DNA of 63,382 bases, counting the filler, from Octopus bimaculoides (taxonomy: Eukaryota), in the NCBI RefSeq assembly GCF_001194135.2. It is 4 parts of 4 records of this genome, joined end to end, with 100 filler letters (N's around TTAATTAATTAA, not from the genome) between each part and the next. Parts side by side here need not be neighbours in the genome. Positions count along the whole stretch, not along the records: positions 46,058 to 63,382 come from NC_068981.1; 3 more parts are not named here. One strand, written 5' to 3'. Each line of letters begins with the position of its first letter. Positions within the stretch are counted from its first letter, which is position 1. The position numbers were made by a program, and so were the translations under genes. Below the pieces are notes generated by a model. The model searched no databases and was not told the DNA's origin. It saw only the letters and a list, made by a program, of their open reading frames with translations. Of the stretch, positions 62,350-63,382 are shown piece after piece.

Positions 62350-63382
62350 AACTGTTGTTGTGTATCAGTAAAAGGTGGTGCCCCAGCAGTGAAAGGTCGT
62401 GCTCCAGTATGGTCTTAGCTTGTCGCTGAAACCAATAAAAGCAATTAAAATAACTCAACAAAAATTAGCAGAAAACAACAAAAACAATACTTGTTGGTAG
62501 AACTTTCTGCATGCAAGGAAGTTCTACAGTAGTTTTGTTTGAGCCACTTTGCAAGTCTAGAAAAAAATCGCTAGAAAATCATTAGAGTCTGTTGTATGTT
62601 CATTCTCATCTCATCAATGTCCTATATTACATACTCCTGACTTAAGTCGATGTACAGATGGTTCATTAAGACGATAGAATCGTTAGCACGCCGTGCAGAA
62701 TGCTTACCGGTATTTCGTCTGTCTTTACGCTCTAAGTTCAAATTCCACCGGGGTTGACTTTTCCCTTTTATCCTTTCGTGGCTCGATAAAGTAAGTATCA
62801 GTTTAGTCCTGGGGTTGATGTAATTGATTTAACCACTACCCCGAAATTCGTAGTCTTTTCTGTGTAGAGCGGCAGTGTTGAAGAACTCTGCAGGTTGTTT
62901 ATATAAATATCATCCTGTGGAAAAGCGAAAACATTTTGGAATTATTTATTTAGTATTTCAGTTATCCATGTGGGATCAGCATTAACAGAAGCCCTAAATA
63001 GATAAGTGAAATACTGGGGTATCGCCTTAACAGTTTTAGTCGATCAAATTCGATTAAAACACAAACACAAAACTCATACATACATGCATACACACACACA
63101 CATACACACACATGCACACACATATACGACGGGCGTCTTTCAGTTTCTATTTACAAAAATTCACACACAAGGATTTGGTCAACTCGGAGAGCTGTAGTAG
63201 ATTATATATATAGTATAGTATGATATAATATAATGTAATATAATATAATATAATATAATATAATATAATGTTATAATCTGTATATATAAAAGAGAGATTC
63301 TGTCTGTTTGTCTGTTTGTTTGTCCAGTAAAATGAAAGTAAATAGTTCAGGGGAAGCTATTATGCTTTATATATATATATAT

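Overview
Eukaryotic, AT-rich, gap-ridden draft-assembly window. It is most likely an invertebrate, and the SINE and microsatellite landscape resembles octopus (inference, not verified). Bases 108-21356 hold the 3' part of a spliced + strand gene for a multi-SRCR (scavenger receptor cysteine-rich, group A, 6-Cys) protein. I reconstructed 12 exons with canonical GT-AG sites and one continuous frame of about 586 codons: 5.5 SRCR domains, each split over two exons, then a short terminal exon with stop and AATAAA. The N-terminus lies upstream of the window. The introns and the remaining ~42 kb are mostly decayed transposons: Tc1, mariner, maT-like, Chapaev3, hAT MITE, Helitron/Helentron, RTE, CR1/L2-group and RLE (R4-like, CRE-like) LINEs, at least four tRNA-derived SINE families, and microsatellites. 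No second protein-coding gene is supported. The most unusual signals are: (1) a tRNA-headed SINE whose tail carries a Penelope-type minimal hammerhead-ribozyme motif, inserted with an inverted tail copy, with related motifs in other repeats; (2) a SINE/LINE pair sharing a 3' stem-loop with a compensatory base change; (3) several local fold-back duplications; (4) peculiarities of the SRCR protein (no linkers, an extra Cys, a possible readthrough hydrophobic tail).
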